DNA of 64,000 nt from Nitrospira sp. (lineage in GTDB: Bacteria > Nitrospirota > Nitrospiria > Nitrospirales > Nitrospiraceae): contig JBJACV010000007.1 of the NCBI GenBank assembly GCA_046604365.1, positions 121,877 through 185,876 of the forward strand. Direction: 5' to 3'. Every line of letters begins with the position of its first letter. The stretch's first letter is position 1. This document shows positions 1-9,857 of the stretch, in pieces. The notes under the pieces were generated by a model that ran no database searches, had not been told where the DNA came from, and worked only from the letters and a program-made list of their open reading frames with translations. The translations under genes and the position numbers were made by a program.

Positions 1-564
1 GGCCTGGGCAAGAAACTCAGCGCTGAGAATCTGCATGTACCGGGCCATCACGACGAGTTCAATGCGCTGCTCCCGCAAGAGTGAGATCACGCGCCGTTCT
101 TGCTCCGGTTTCGTCTCTTTTGTGACAGGACAGACGGCGAAGGGGATCTTGAACAGTTCAGCCCAGTTGGCGCAGGTGTCATGATTGGAAATAATGAGGG
201 GAATGTCGATGCGCAGCTCGTCACGGCGATGGCGTTGGAGTAAATCCGCCAAACAGTGATCCTGCTTCGAGACCATCATTCCGACACGGGTGCGCCGGCT
301 GGTCTGATGGACTTCGTAGCGCATCTCGAACACTTTGGCGATGGGAGCGAACGCTTCTGAAATCTGATCGGGCGCAATCTGCAACCCCTCCGTCGAGCAC
401 TCCATCCGCATGAGAAAATCGTTCGTCTCTTCGTCCGTGTGGTGGTCGGAGTCGAGAATGTTGCCCCCGAAATCATGGATGAATCCTGAGACACGAGCGA
501 CGATGCCTTTTCGATCTTTGCAGTGGATCAGGAGCACGACCGATTCTTTTCTCTGTGAGGTCAT
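1..564 (-). CDS. purU: Formyltetrahydrofolate deformylase, N-terminal ~188 aa only (gene runs off the left edge)
   Basis: Not in the ORF track because no stop lies in the window. My reverse-strand translation from the ATG at 564-562 (GGAG at 574-577) reads MTSQRKESVVLLIHCKDRKGIVARVSGFIHDFGGNILDSDHHTDEE (ACT domain). It continues GMMVSKQDHCLADLL..IPLIISNH..VVMARYMQILS (formyltransferase core), which is the PurU architecture. Confidence 0.8.
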   Translation of the reverse strand, partial: MTSQRKESVVLLIHCKDRKGIVARVSGFIHDFGGNILDSDHHTDEETNDFLMRMECSTEGLQIAPDQISEAFAPIAKVFEMRYEVHQTSRRTRVGMMVSKQDHCLADLLQRHRRDELRIDIPLIISNHDTCANWAELFKIPFAVCPVTKETKPEQERRVISLLREQRIELVVMARYMQILSAEFLAQA

Positions 565-631
565 GAGCGATATCTCCTCAATACGGGTCTTTCAAGTGTA
601 GCAGAAGGGGAAGCGCCCAGGAGGTGTAGGA

Positions 632-2050
632 TTATGTGACGATGTGTCCGACGAGGTCGTAGATGGCGGCTTCGGTGATCTCGACCTTGACGAGCTCACC
701 CGGGTTTGTCGTGCCGTCATTGATATACACGACGCCGTCGATCTCAGGCGCCAGCCCTTCATGGCGGCCTTCCAGCAGCAGAGGCGTTTCCTCCGATGGG
801 CCTTCGACCAGGACGTCTATGACTGAGCCTATGCGAGCCTGCCCCTGCGCGGCGGCGATGCCTTCCTGTATCGCCAGGAGTTCATTCCGCCGTTCGTCCA
901 TGACGGCACGGTCAATCTTCTCATCGAGCGCAAGCGCCGTCGTATCTTCTTCGTCGGAGTAGAGGAAGACTGCCACTCGGTCGAATTCCCGCTCCGTCAC
1001 ATAGGTCTTCAGCTCGTGGTAGGCCTTCTCTGTTTCACCGGGGAACCCCACGATAAAGGCGGTGCGAAAGGTGGCGCCGGGAATGCGGGTGCGAATGCGG
1101 TCCACCAGCTTGTCGATAGCGGCGCGATTCCCTAATCGATGCATGCGCTTCAACATCCGGTCGTTGATGTGCTGGAGCGGCATGTCGATGTACTTGGTAA
1201 TTTTCTCCTCGCCGGCATAGAGATCCAGGAGTTCATCCGTAACTTGCTGTGGGTAGAGATAAAACGGTCTGATCCAGTGAATGTCCTTCACCTTCACAAG
1301 CGCGCGCAGCAGCGTCGTCAATCCGCCACGAATCCCCAGATCCACGCCGTAGTTGATCGTATCCTGGGAGATGAGGTTGATTTCTTTGACGCCTTCCGCG
1401 GCAAGGCGCTCGGCTTCAGCCACGATCGATTCCACCGGGCGGCTGCGTTGCTTGCCCCGCATGATGGGAATGGCACAGAAGGCGCAGTTGCGGTTGCAGC
1501 CTTCGGCGATTTTCACATAGGCGCTGTGCGCCTTTCCGAGCCGCAGGCGCGGGGCATCCGCGTCGTAGAGATAGGGGGGCTCGCTGATCCAGAGCCGTTG
1601 CTGCCGTTTTTGGGGAGCCAGGAGATCCCGGCAGATGGTGGCGATGTTCCCGAATTCGCCGGTTCCCACCACGCCGTCCAGTTCCGGCAATTCTTTCAGA
1701 AGATCGCCCTGATAGCGTTGCGCCAGGCAGCCGGCGGCAATGAGGACGCGGCAGACTCCGTTCTTTTTGAGCTTGCTATGTTCGAGGATCGTGTTGATGG
1801 ATTCCTGTTTCGCTTCTTCAATGAAGCCGCAGGTATTGATGATGACGACCTCGGCTTTCTTTGGATTGTCGGTTAAGGCGAAGCCGTCGTGTACGAGTGT
1901 ACCGAGCATCAGCTCCGAGTCGACCTGGTTTTTCGAGCACCCCAGGTTGACGAAGCCGATGGTCGTTGTTTTAGCAGCCGCGGTCTTCCCGGCAAGCGCC
2001 GTTTTCTTGGCGGTGTGTTTGCGGCCGAGTTGGATCAGAGGCGTAGACAT
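632..2050 (-). CDS. rimO: Radical-SAM methylthiotransferase, RimO-like (ribosomal protein S12 methylthiotransferase)
   Basis: 472-aa ORF. It has an MTTase N-domain (FVNLGCSKNQVDSE, INTCGFI), a radical SAM CxxxCxxC (EGCNRNCAFCAIP) and a C-terminal TRAM-like end (VKVEITEAAIYDLVG). The RimO versus MiaB subfamily call is by eye. Confidence 0.8.
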   Translation of the reverse strand: MSTPLIQLGRKHTAKKTALAGKTAAAKTTTIGFVNLGCSKNQVDSELMLGTLVHDGFALTDNPKKAEVVIINTCGFIEEAKQESINTILEHSKLKKNGVCRVLIAAGCLAQRYQGDLLKELPELDGVVGTGEFGNIATICRDLLAPQKRQQRLWISEPPYLYDADAPRLRLGKAHSAYVKIAEGCNRNCAFCAIPIMRGKQRSRPVESIVAEAERLAAEGVKEINLISQDTINYGVDLGIRGGLTTLLRALVKVKDIHWIRPFYLYPQQVTDELLDLYAGEEKITKYIDMPLQHINDRMLKRMHRLGNRAAIDKLVDRIRTRIPGATFRTAFIVGFPGETEKAYHELKTYVTEREFDRVAVFLYSDEEDTTALALDEKIDRAVMDERRNELLAIQEGIAAAQGQARIGSVIDVLVEGPSEETPLLLEGRHEGLAPEIDGVVYINDGTTNPGELVKVEITEAAIYDLVGHIVT

Positions 2051-2143
2051 TCGAGCAGTCTACGGGAGGCTTGAAAAGCCTGTCAACGAATGGTCAAGAG
2101 CGCAGTCTTGATATTCTGTAAGCCGTTCCCCTAGAGTGCCTCT

Positions 2144-2683
2144 ATGATCCGCACCTTTCAAGGTATCAAGCCGACGGTTCCTACCTCCTGTTTTATCGAG
2201 GATACGGGGGTGGTCATCGGCGATGTGGTCATGGGTGAGGAGTGCAGCGTTTGGTTCCATGCCGTGATCCGTGGGGATGTGAACTATATCCGGATCGGCA
2301 ATCGGACCAACATCCAAGACCTCTGCATGTTGCACGTCACCCACGATACCCATCCTCTCCTGATCGGGAACGACGTGACGGTCGGCCACGGTGTGGTTCT
2401 CCATGGCTGTACGATTCACGATCGCGTGTTAGTCGGGATGGGCGCCATCATCATGGACGGGGTGGTGATTGGAGAGGATTCGATAGTGGGAGCCGGGGCG
2501 TTGATTGTGGAAGGTACCGTTGTCCCGCCGAAGAGCCTCATCCTGGGCTCACCCGCACGGGTCCGACGGTCCGTGACAGGCGAAGAATTGACCTGGATCA
2601 GGAAATCCGCTGAGAACTATGTGAAGTACGCCGGGCTGTATATGGGCGGTTCCGCCAAACAGAAGACCGGCTTTCGACCGTAA
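2144..2683 (+). CDS. Gamma-class carbonic anhydrase family / hexapeptide-repeat protein (YrdA/PaaY-like)
   Basis: 179 aa. Left-handed beta-helix hexapeptide repeats (VIGDVVMG, IRIGNRTNIQD, LLIGNDVTVGHGVVLHGCTI, VLVGMGAIIMDGVVIGEDSIVGAGA) with conserved His positions typical of the gamma-CA-like family. Confidence 0.8.
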   Translation: MIRTFQGIKPTVPTSCFIEDTGVVIGDVVMGEECSVWFHAVIRGDVNYIRIGNRTNIQDLCMLHVTHDTHPLLIGNDVTVGHGVVLHGCTIHDRVLVGMGAIIMDGVVIGEDSIVGAGALIVEGTVVPPKSLILGSPARVRRSVTGEELTWIRKSAENYVKYAGLYMGGSAKQKTGFRP

Positions 2684-2718
2684 CTGATCTCAGGCTTGTA
2701 CCCCTTACGCCTCACCCC

Positions 2719-3414
2719 TCACTCCTTACCGACTTTAATAAGACAGATTGGGTCACCGACGAGCGCGGTGGGATACTGTTTCCGCTCCACGCGATAGGGA
2801 ATCCTGTGTCGGTGGCACCAGTCGGCGATCCACACGACTTCTTCCGTCGAGGTTGTGACCAAGCCGGGCAGGCTGAGCTTGGGCATGCACCGGTTGACGA
2901 TCATTCGAACGATCCGACGCTGCCGTTCAAACCGCGCGGAGTTAAATGTTACCGGGTTCGCATTCCCGTAGGACAACGGCGAGAGATCAGGAAACCGTTC
3001 CGGATCGTTCAACACGCTCACGATCCAGAGATGGTCGAATGGCCCCTTGGCCTTCTCCGCGGTTGTTGCGTAAAACTTCACCGGCGTGCCATGGCAGGCT
3101 CGATTGAGCGCGGTGACTTCAGGCCGGCGGAGGTTATAAGGCTCCACTTGGCGCTGGAGCTCCATGGCTTCAGCCAACAGGACCGGCAACTCTGCGACAC
3201 CGGCTCCCACGTAGAGGCTCCGACCGCCTGAGGGCAATTTCTTCACCAGCGCTTCGGCTATCCTCACGCCGAGGCGTTGACAGGGCTTTTTCTTCGCCCG
3301 CCAGAACTCGTCGCCGCCTTCGTAACAGTATATTGCCCCCAACATTTTGTAATCGAGCTTCGCATATGTTGCGGCAATCAGCGCTCTCGTTGCCGGACGA
3401 ACCCGCACAGACAT
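2719..3414 (-). CDS. Hypothetical protein, possible Rossmann/SAM-methyltransferase-like fold
   Basis: 231-aa ORF whose ATG shares one base with the stop of the upstream M28 peptidase gene (TAATG at 3412-3416). It contains SLYVGAGVAELPVLLAE, reminiscent of methyltransferase motif I. No family recognised. Confidence 0.5.
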   Translation of the reverse strand: MSVRVRPATRALIAATYAKLDYKMLGAIYCYEGGDEFWRAKKKPCQRLGVRIAEALVKKLPSGGRSLYVGAGVAELPVLLAEAMELQRQVEPYNLRRPEVTALNRACHGTPVKFYATTAEKAKGPFDHLWIVSVLNDPERFPDLSPLSYGNANPVTFNSARFERQRRIVRMIVNRCMPKLSLPGLVTTSTEEVVWIADWCHRHRIPYRVERKQYPTALVGDPICLIKVGKE

Positions 3415-4295
3415 TATGAAGTTCCTTCAGATTCTGTGAGACGCAAGACCACTGCTGTGACCCCATCTGCGACGGCGGACATGAAGTCCAGATTCAGCGT
3501 GTCGATGGTATCGGTGGGCCGATGATAGTGCGGATTGCGGAAGTTGGCCGTGTCAGTCAGCATCACAGCCGGAAAGCCCTGCTCCCAAAAGGCCGTGTGA
3601 TCGCTCCGTCTGGTGTCCGGTAGCAATTCGCCGTTGCCTGGGACGATGAGAGGCACGATCGGCACGTGCCGGTTCATGGTCTGGGACAAGGCAGCTGTCA
3701 GGGCGGCTGAGTTCTGATTGCCGATCACGGCCAGAAAATTGCCGATCGTCGGAACGGCGATCGGGACGCCCGGCGGAATCTCTTGCGACCCTTCTTCATC
3801 ACGCGCGTAGCCGACGCATTCCAACACGACAGCTCCGTACAGGGACTGTCTCGTGGCCGCGAGATACGCCGTATAGGCCTGACTGCCGAGCAGCCCTTCT
3901 TCTTCAAGGCAGAAGGCGATGAATCGGATCGGTCGTCGAAGCTGATGAGATCCGATCCGGTGCGCTACTTCCAGCAGGACCGCCAACGCGCTCGCATTGT
4001 CATCGGCGCCGGGCGATCCGGGAACTGTGTCGTAATGCGCGGCCAGGATCATCGGTGGTTCTTTTCCATCTTGACCGGAAGCGGGAGATACCGCCCCGAT
4101 CACGTTGTGATAGATCCCGCCCATCGCCTCGAAATCGTGCATCGTGACGGCAAGGCCGGCTTCGGAGAACTGGTCACGGAGATAGCGTTCCGCTTGCTGT
4201 AGGCGGGCTGGTGAGGACAGGGGATGGCGTTCGCCGACCACGGCGCGAAGATGAGCCATCAGCCGTGACTTGGCAGGAATCGTTCGTTGGTTCAC
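3414..4295 (-). CDS. M28 family metallopeptidase (aminopeptidase-like)
   Basis: 293 aa. ILAAHYDTVPGSPGADDNASALAVLLEVA and FIAFCLEEEGLLGS match the zinc-ligand/catalytic motifs of peptidase family M28. Confidence 0.75.
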   Translation of the reverse strand: MNQRTIPAKSRLMAHLRAVVGERHPLSSPARLQQAERYLRDQFSEAGLAVTMHDFEAMGGIYHNVIGAVSPASGQDGKEPPMILAAHYDTVPGSPGADDNASALAVLLEVAHRIGSHQLRRPIRFIAFCLEEEGLLGSQAYTAYLAATRQSLYGAVVLECVGYARDEEGSQEIPPGVPIAVPTIGNFLAVIGNQNSAALTAALSQTMNRHVPIVPLIVPGNGELLPDTRRSDHTAFWEQGFPAVMLTDTANFRNPHYHRPTDTIDTLNLDFMSAVADGVTAVVLRLTESEGTS

Positions 4296-4310
4296 GATTG
4301 ACGAGCGACG

Positions 4311-5207
4311 TTACGCGACGATTTCCGTGCCGATGCCCTTGCGCGTGAAGATCTCGAGCAGAATCGCATGGGGGATCCGGCCGTCGATGATGTGCGCTTT
4401 TCCGACACCGGCGTCGATGGCATCCAGGCAGGCATGTACTTTCGGCAGCATGCCTTCCGTGATCGTCCCCTTCTTGACCATGCGCTGGACGTCTTTGCGC
4501 GAGACGGTCGAGAGGTGGTGGCCTTTGGCATCGCGAATGCCTTTGATGTCCGTCATCATGACGAGCTTTTCCGCGCGCAGGGCGCCCGCGATAGCGCCTG
4601 CGACCAGATCGGCATTGATGTTGTAAGTATTTCCCTCGCGATCGGTTCCAATCGGAGCGATGATGGGGATATAGTGATCGCCTTGAAGTTTATGCAGCAG
4701 GCTCGGATCGACCCGTTCAATATCGCCGACGAGCCCGAAATCCCCGTCGTCGTCCTTGTCGTCCCAGTCGCGGTCCAGACTTTCCGCCCATGCCTTGGCT
4801 GTCAGCGGCTTGCTTAAAATCAGTCCTCCGTCTTTTCCGCTCAGGCCGACCGCGCTGCCGCCGTGCCGGTTGATGAGATCGGTGATCTCCATGTTGATTT
4901 GTCCGGCCAAGACCATTTCGACGATTTCCATCGTCGCTTCATCGGTGACGCGGACACCGTGCCGGAACTTTGCCTCGATCCCGAGCCGATCCAGCATTTT
5001 GTCGATCTGAGGGCCTCCGCCGTGGATGATGACCGGATTGATCCCGACGTATTTCAACAGCACGACATTCTGTGCGAACCGTTCTTTTAAGGAGGTATCT
5101 GTCATCGCATGGCCGCCGTACTTCACCACGACGGTCTTTCCGCGGAATGCCCGAATGTAGGGCAGGGATTCGATCAGGACGTTGGCTTTTTTGATGAGTC
5201 TGTTCAT
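4311..5207 (-). CDS. argB: Acetylglutamate kinase
   Basis: 298 aa. RGKTVVVKYGGHAM, PVIIHGGGPQI, NINADLVAGAIAGAL and GVGKAHIIDGR are classic ArgB motifs. Confidence 0.9.
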   Translation of the reverse strand: MNRLIKKANVLIESLPYIRAFRGKTVVVKYGGHAMTDTSLKERFAQNVVLLKYVGINPVIIHGGGPQIDKMLDRLGIEAKFRHGVRVTDEATMEIVEMVLAGQINMEITDLINRHGGSAVGLSGKDGGLILSKPLTAKAWAESLDRDWDDKDDDGDFGLVGDIERVDPSLLHKLQGDHYIPIIAPIGTDREGNTYNINADLVAGAIAGALRAEKLVMMTDIKGIRDAKGHHLSTVSRKDVQRMVKKGTITEGMLPKVHACLDAIDAGVGKAHIIDGRIPHAILLEIFTRKGIGTEIVA

Positions 5208-5244
5208 GCTTGCGCTCCAGCTGCGGAATACGCGAGACCTGCGG

Positions 5245-5279
5245 GAGGGGCGGATGGTTTATCGCGCGTCCCGCCCCTC
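5245..5279 (-). terminator. GC-rich hairpin between hslU and argB (no U-tract)
   Basis: GAGGGGCGG (5245-5253) is complementary to CCGCCCCTC (5271-5279), giving a 9-bp stem with a 17-nt loop. It lies in the 76-nt hslU-argB spacer. It lacks a T run, so function as terminator or processing site is uncertain. Confidence 0.25.
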
Positions 5280-5283
5280 TCGC

Positions 5284-6681
5284 CTAGAGAATATACCGGC
5301 TCAGATCCTGATCCTTTACCACATCTTTGAGGCGGTCACGGACATACTCAGCCGTGATGTTCACGGCTTTGTCCGGCCACTCCGCTCCCGCGAATGAAAT
5401 CTGCTCCAGCAACCGCTCCATAATGGTAAAGAGACGGCGCGCGCCGATGTTTTCCGTTCGCTCATTCGCCTGCACCGCAATGTCGGCGATCGCTTCCAGG
5501 CCGTCCTTCGTGAACTCGACGGTGAGACCTTCCGTCGCCAACAGGGCTTGATATTGCCGGACCAGCGCCCCTTTCGGTTCCGTGAGGATACGCACAAAAT
5601 CGTCTTTCGACAAGGGGCTCAGTTCGACTCGTATCGGAAAGCGCCCTTGGAGCTCCGGAATCAGGTCGGACGGCTTGGCCACGTGAAAGGCTCCCGCGGC
5701 GATGAAGAGAATATGATCTGTCAGAACCGGCCCATGCTTGGTCGTCACCGTGCAGCCTTCGACGATCGGGAGCAAATCGCGCTGTACGCCTTCCCGTGAG
5801 ACATCGGGCCCCGCAGTCCGTTCCCGTCCGGCGATTTTGTCGATTTCGTCGAGGAACACAATCCCGGTTTGCTCGACCTTGGCGATGGCCTCACGTACGG
5901 CGTCGTCCATGTCGATGAGCTTCTGCGCTTCCTCCTGGGTGAGGTGCTTCAGCGCCTCAGGCACTTTCATCAGCCGTTTCTTTTTCTTACCCTGGAACAT
6001 CCCGCCCAACATGTCCCGCAAATTGCCTTCAAGTTCGTCAAGCCCGCCGACATTGGAGATGACACCGACCGGCAGGCGTCGCTCCTGGGTCTCCATCTCG
6101 ACTGTCCGCTCGTCGAGTTTGCCTTCTCGAAGTTGGAGGCGTAGTTTCGATCTTGTAGTCTCGTGTGAATCATGGGGAGTCGATGTGGCGGTCTCACCGG
6201 TGCCTTCCGTAAATCCTGGTCGAGGCGGAGGGGGCGGCAAGAGGAGATCGAGCAGGCGCTCTTCTCCATGTTGCTCGGCCTTGTGCTGAACCGCTTCAAG
6301 GCGGTGGGTTTTCACCATGTTGATGGCCAGTTCGGTCAGATCGCGAATGATGGATTCCACATCCCGACCGACATAGCCGACCTCGGTGAATTTCGAAGCC
6401 TCGACCTTGATGAATGGGGCTTGAGCCAGCTTGGCCAGCCGTCTGGCGATCTCCGTTTTTCCCACTCCGGTCGGGCCGATCATGATGATGTTCTTCGGCA
6501 TCACCTCGTCGCGTATATCAGGAGACAGCTGTTGTCGGCGCCAACGATTGCGGAGCGCGATCGCCACCATCCGCTTCGCGTCCTTTTGGCCGATTACGTA
6601 GCGATTGAGCTCTTCCACGATCTGGCGGGGTGTGAGGCTATTGAGATTCAGCGGCTCTGGGTCGGTTGCCGAGTGTGTCAT
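5284..6681 (-). CDS. hslU: ATP-dependent protease ATPase subunit HslU
   Basis: 465 aa. [34 protein letters not shown], Walker [26 protein letters not shown], and a C-terminal DLSRYIL. Confidence 0.95.
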   Translation of the reverse strand: MTHSATDPEPLNLNSLTPRQIVEELNRYVIGQKDAKRMVAIALRNRWRRQQLSPDIRDEVMPKNIIMIGPTGVGKTEIARRLAKLAQAPFIKVEASKFTEVGYVGRDVESIIRDLTELAINMVKTHRLEAVQHKAEQHGEERLLDLLLPPPPPRPGFTEGTGETATSTPHDSHETTRSKLRLQLREGKLDERTVEMETQERRLPVGVISNVGGLDELEGNLRDMLGGMFQGKKKKRLMKVPEALKHLTQEEAQKLIDMDDAVREAIAKVEQTGIVFLDEIDKIAGRERTAGPDVSREGVQRDLLPIVEGCTVTTKHGPVLTDHILFIAAGAFHVAKPSDLIPELQGRFPIRVELSPLSKDDFVRILTEPKGALVRQYQALLATEGLTVEFTKDGLEAIADIAVQANERTENIGARRLFTIMERLLEQISFAGAEWPDKAVNITAEYVRDRLKDVVKDQDLSRYIL

Positions 6682-6690
6682 GTTCCTTGT

Positions 6691-7227
6691 TTACCCTTGG
6701 AGTTCCTCGACGGTGATCTGTTGGTTAGTATAGATATCGATGGCGCCGGCAATTTTCATCGCTTCAGTAACGATGGCTGGAGCGTCCAGTTGAGACTGTC
6801 CGAGGAGCGCCCTGGCTGCAGCCAGGGCATACGGTCCACCGGAGCCGATTGCCAGGATGCCGTCCTCCGGCTCTACGACATCGCCGGTTCCGGAAATCAG
6901 GAAAGACTGTTCCCGGCCGGCCACGGCCAGCAGCGCTTCCAAACGGCGCAGGACGCGGTCGGTCCGCCAGTCCTTGGCAAGTTCGACCGCCGCTCTCGTC
7001 AGGTTGCCCCGGTGCTCTTCCAGCTTGGCCTCGAACTTTTCGAAGAGCGTGAATGCATCCGCGGTGGCCCCGGCAAAGCCGGCGAGTACCTGTTCGTGAT
7101 GGAGACGCCGCAGCTTTTTGGCATTGTGCTTCATCACCGTTGTGCCGACGGTCACCTGGCCGTCGCAACCCATGGCGACTCGTCCGGCCCGGCGGACGCA
7201 CAGAACAGTGGTGGATCGAATCATCAT
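6691..7227 (-). CDS. hslV: ATP-dependent protease subunit HslV
   Basis: 178 aa. The N-terminal TTVLCVRR catalytic-Thr context, and [14 protein letters not shown]. Sits directly upstream of hslU. Confidence 0.95.
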   Translation of the reverse strand: MMIRSTTVLCVRRAGRVAMGCDGQVTVGTTVMKHNAKKLRRLHHEQVLAGFAGATADAFTLFEKFEAKLEEHRGNLTRAAVELAKDWRTDRVLRRLEALLAVAGREQSFLISGTGDVVEPEDGILAIGSGGPYALAAARALLGQSQLDAPAIVTEAMKIAGAIDIYTNQQITVEELQG

Positions 7228-8165
7228 GACGGCTTCTGATCCTTTCGCGGCAGAGCGGTTGTGACCGAACGTGCCCGCGGGTGGGCATGGTCGTAGACGG
7301 CAGCCAAGCGATCGCCGGCCAGATGCGTATATTTCTGCGTGGTGCTGAGCGACGCATGCCCGAGCATCTCCTGAATCGATCTGAGGTCTGCGCCCTCATC
7401 GAGCAGATGGGTTGCGTAGGAATGCCGCAGGGCATGTGGACTGACGGCTCCACCGGCAAGGCGACTGGAATATCGAGAAACGATTCGGGCCACGCTCCGT
7501 GTGGTGAGTCTGCCTCCGCGATGATTCAAGAACAGAGGAGCGGCCGGGTGCCGTTCGATGGATTCAGACCCCAGTGATTGACGATACGCGCGGATGGCTC
7601 GAGTTGCGACATCACCGATCGGGATCACTCGTTCCTTCCGGCCCTTGCCTCTCAGGCGGACAAGTCCCTCACCTTCATCGAGATCACCGACGTTGATTCC
7701 GACCGCTTCACTGACACGAGCGCCGGTGGAATACAATGTTTCAAGCAGAGCGCGATCGCGCAAGGAGAGAGAGGACTGGCCCTCAGGAAATTCCATCAAG
7801 GCTCCGGCGTCGTCCTTGGCCAGAACGCGTGGAAGCGGTTTGGACAGTTTGGGGCTCCGGATATCATCCGCCGGATTCTTCTGTACCGATCCTTCACGCA
7901 GAAGAAATCGGTAGAAACTCCGTACGGCAGCCAGCTTTCTCGCCAGGGACGAGGCTTTCTCACCTTGTCGATCCAACTGGTGGAGGTACGCCCGGATATC
8001 TTCAGCCGTAACATGGTCTGCTTGAATCGGACGGGATGCGTGGCCTGTTCCAGAAAGAAATGATGTCAACTGCCGGAGATCCGACCGGTAATTGCGAATG
8101 GTTTCGGCGGATGCATTACGCTCGACGTCAAGAAAGCTCATGAAAGCCCGGATTGCGTCTTCCAT
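7224..8165 (-). CDS. xerC: Tyrosine recombinase XerC/XerD family (chromosome dimer resolution)
   Basis: 313 aa. N-terminal SAM-like domain ([20 protein letters not shown]) and catalytic region ([52 protein letters not shown]). Its stop overlaps the hslV start (ATGA). The trmFO-xerC-hslVU synteny supports a housekeeping role. Confidence 0.85.
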   Translation of the reverse strand: MEDAIRAFMSFLDVERNASAETIRNYRSDLRQLTSFLSGTGHASRPIQADHVTAEDIRAYLHQLDRQGEKASSLARKLAAVRSFYRFLLREGSVQKNPADDIRSPKLSKPLPRVLAKDDAGALMEFPEGQSSLSLRDRALLETLYSTGARVSEAVGINVGDLDEGEGLVRLRGKGRKERVIPIGDVATRAIRAYRQSLGSESIERHPAAPLFLNHRGGRLTTRSVARIVSRYSSRLAGGAVSPHALRHSYATHLLDEGADLRSIQEMLGHASLSTTQKYTHLAGDRLAAVYDHAHPRARSVTTALPRKDQKPS

Positions 8166-9454
8166 GATGCAAAGTCCTCAAGAGCCCGTTGGGCGATCAA
8201 GCGCCGTTTCATTTCTTTGTCCCTCGGCGTGCTGGATAAGGGAGGAAACAGGCCAAAATTCGTGTTCATCGGCTGAAAGTGGCGGGGATCGGACAGCGCC
8301 ACGTGAGCGACCAGGCATCCATGCGCCGTCGTCGGCGGAGGCGTCACCGTCGGCTCCCCGTTCAATACCCGCACCGCATTAATGCCGGCCAGGCCGCCCA
8401 TCGCCGCTGATTCGGTATAGCCCTCCACGCCGACCAACTGCCCGGCGAAGAACAACGTGCTGCGGGCTTTGAATTGCAGCGTGGCGGTGAGCAACTGGGG
8501 CGAGTTGATAAAGGTGTTGCGATGCAAGCTTCCATAACGCAGAAACTCCGCATGCTCCAAGCCTGGAATCAGGCGGAAGACGCGTTTTTGTTCCGGATAC
8601 GTGAGCTTGGTCTGAAATCCAACCAGGTTGTAACAGGTACGATGCACATTCTCAGTCCGCAGTTGTACGACGGCGGCGGGCCGCCGGCCGGTTCGGGGAT
8701 CTGCCAAGCCGACCGGCTTGAGCGGCCCGAACTGCATGGTGTGACGACCGCGTTCCGCCATGACCTCGATCGGGATGCAGGCCTCAAAATAGGGCGTTTT
8801 CTCGAAATCCTTGGGCTGCACCTTTTCGGCTGCGAGGAGCGCGTCATAGAAGGTGTTGTACTGTTCGTCCGTCATGGGACAGTTAAGATAATCGTCTGTG
8901 CCTTTATCGTAGCGGGAGGCACGAAAGACGATATCCATGTCGATCGAGTCTGCGTCGATGATCGGCGAGATGGCATCGAAGAAATAGAGATGCTGTGATT
9001 GGGTCACGGCGCGAATGGCCTGGGAAAGTGTGTCGGACGTCAACGGACCGGTTGCCACGATGCAGACACAGTCGGTGGGGATGTCGGCGATCTCCTCGTG
9101 AAGAATTCTGATATTCGGATGGCTTTCCAATGTCCGGGTAATGGTCGAAGAGAATTGATCACGATCGACTGCCAGTGCCGATCCGGCCGGGACTTTGGAT
9201 TGTTCGGCTGAGGCGATAATCAAAGAGCCCAGCCGGCGCATTTCTTCCTTAAGCATGCCGGGTGCGTTGTGCGGATCGATCGACCCCAACGAATTTGAGC
9301 AGACGAGTTCGGCCAGGCCGCCGGTTTTGTGCGCCTTCGTCATTTCCTTCGGGCGCATTTCGTAGAGCGTGACTCTGGCGCCACGGTTTGCCGCCTGCCA
9401 GGCCGCTTCCGATCCAGCCAGACCACCACCCACGATGACGATGTCATCTCTCAT
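8138..9454 (-). CDS. trmFO: Methylenetetrahydrofolate--tRNA-(uracil-5-)-methyltransferase TrmFO
   Basis: 438 aa. FAD-binding [21 protein letters not shown], and [19 protein letters not shown]. Length and motifs fit TrmFO (Gid). Confidence 0.9.
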   Translation of the reverse strand: MRDDIVIVGGGLAGSEAAWQAANRGARVTLYEMRPKEMTKAHKTGGLAELVCSNSLGSIDPHNAPGMLKEEMRRLGSLIIASAEQSKVPAGSALAVDRDQFSSTITRTLESHPNIRILHEEIADIPTDCVCIVATGPLTSDTLSQAIRAVTQSQHLYFFDAISPIIDADSIDMDIVFRASRYDKGTDDYLNCPMTDEQYNTFYDALLAAEKVQPKDFEKTPYFEACIPIEVMAERGRHTMQFGPLKPVGLADPRTGRRPAAVVQLRTENVHRTCYNLVGFQTKLTYPEQKRVFRLIPGLEHAEFLRYGSLHRNTFINSPQLLTATLQFKARSTLFFAGQLVGVEGYTESAAMGGLAGINAVRVLNGEPTVTPPPTTAHGCLVAHVALSDPRHFQPMNTNFGLFPPLSSTPRDKEMKRRLIAQRALEDFASWKTQSGLS

Positions 9455-9571
9455 GCGATCAACAATCCTTGCCGGGGAAAGGAGCCCATTCTAGAAACCG
9501 TGTTTTAGTGAAGTCAAGGCAGCTGTCATATAGATTCAGGTTGGTGACGGAGCATCAGCACAAGGTTCGCA

Positions 9572-9601
9572 TTGAACCTCGCCGAAAGCCCATGCTAGAC
9601 T
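9572..9601 (+). promoter_or_regulatory. Sigma-70-like promoter for tRNA-Val
   Basis: TTGAAC (9572-9577), 18-nt spacer, TAGACT (9596-9601), ending 9 nt before the mature tRNA 5' end. The block AGCCCATGyTA is shared with the candidate tRNA-Ser promoter. Confidence 0.4.
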
Positions 9602-9610
9602 CCACGCAAT

Positions 9611-9685
9611 GGGCGATTAGCTCAGTGGTAGAGCGCTTCCTTCACACGGAAGAGGCCACAGGTTCGATACCTGTATCGCCCACCA
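9611..9685 (+). tRNA. tRNA-Val (anticodon CAC), CCA encoded
   Basis: Hand-folded cloverleaf. Acceptor GGGCGAT/ATCGCCC, D arm GCTC..GAGC, anticodon stem CTTCC/GGAAG with loop TTCACAC, T arm ACAGG-TTCGATA-CCTGT, discriminator A, then CCA. Confidence 0.9.
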
Positions 9686-9857
9686 TGTGTTCCCTGCCGG
9701 TGCCACGTTTCTTGTCTTCCAAAGCAGCAATTTTCATGGGAATCTCCAATCTCCGTGAATTCTGGACAGAACGGGAGATGTCGGCTACACTTCGCCTATC
9801 GTTTTATAAGACTGAATCGGTGGTCTGGATGTGGACCAAACCAAGCGAGGTAATACC

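Noticed and set aside
6172-7239. 355-aa plus-strand ORF, plus 1139-1876, 16169-17014, 17671-18498, 34807-35604 and 38566-39387
   Set aside because: They are antisense to hslU/hslV, rimO, tig, clpX and the two large kinases respectively, with no motifs and biased composition.
7224-8165. Tyrosine recombinase as a marker of a prophage or integrative element
   Set aside because: It is embedded in the conserved trmFO-xerC-hslVU housekeeping block with overlapping reading frames. No flanking phage genes or att-like repeats are visible, and the nearby tRNA-Val is intact.
9696-9720. Sigma-54-like element GTGCCACGTTTCTTGT downstream of tRNA-Val
   Set aside because: The essential GG of the -24 box is GC here, and the -12 TGC is absent.
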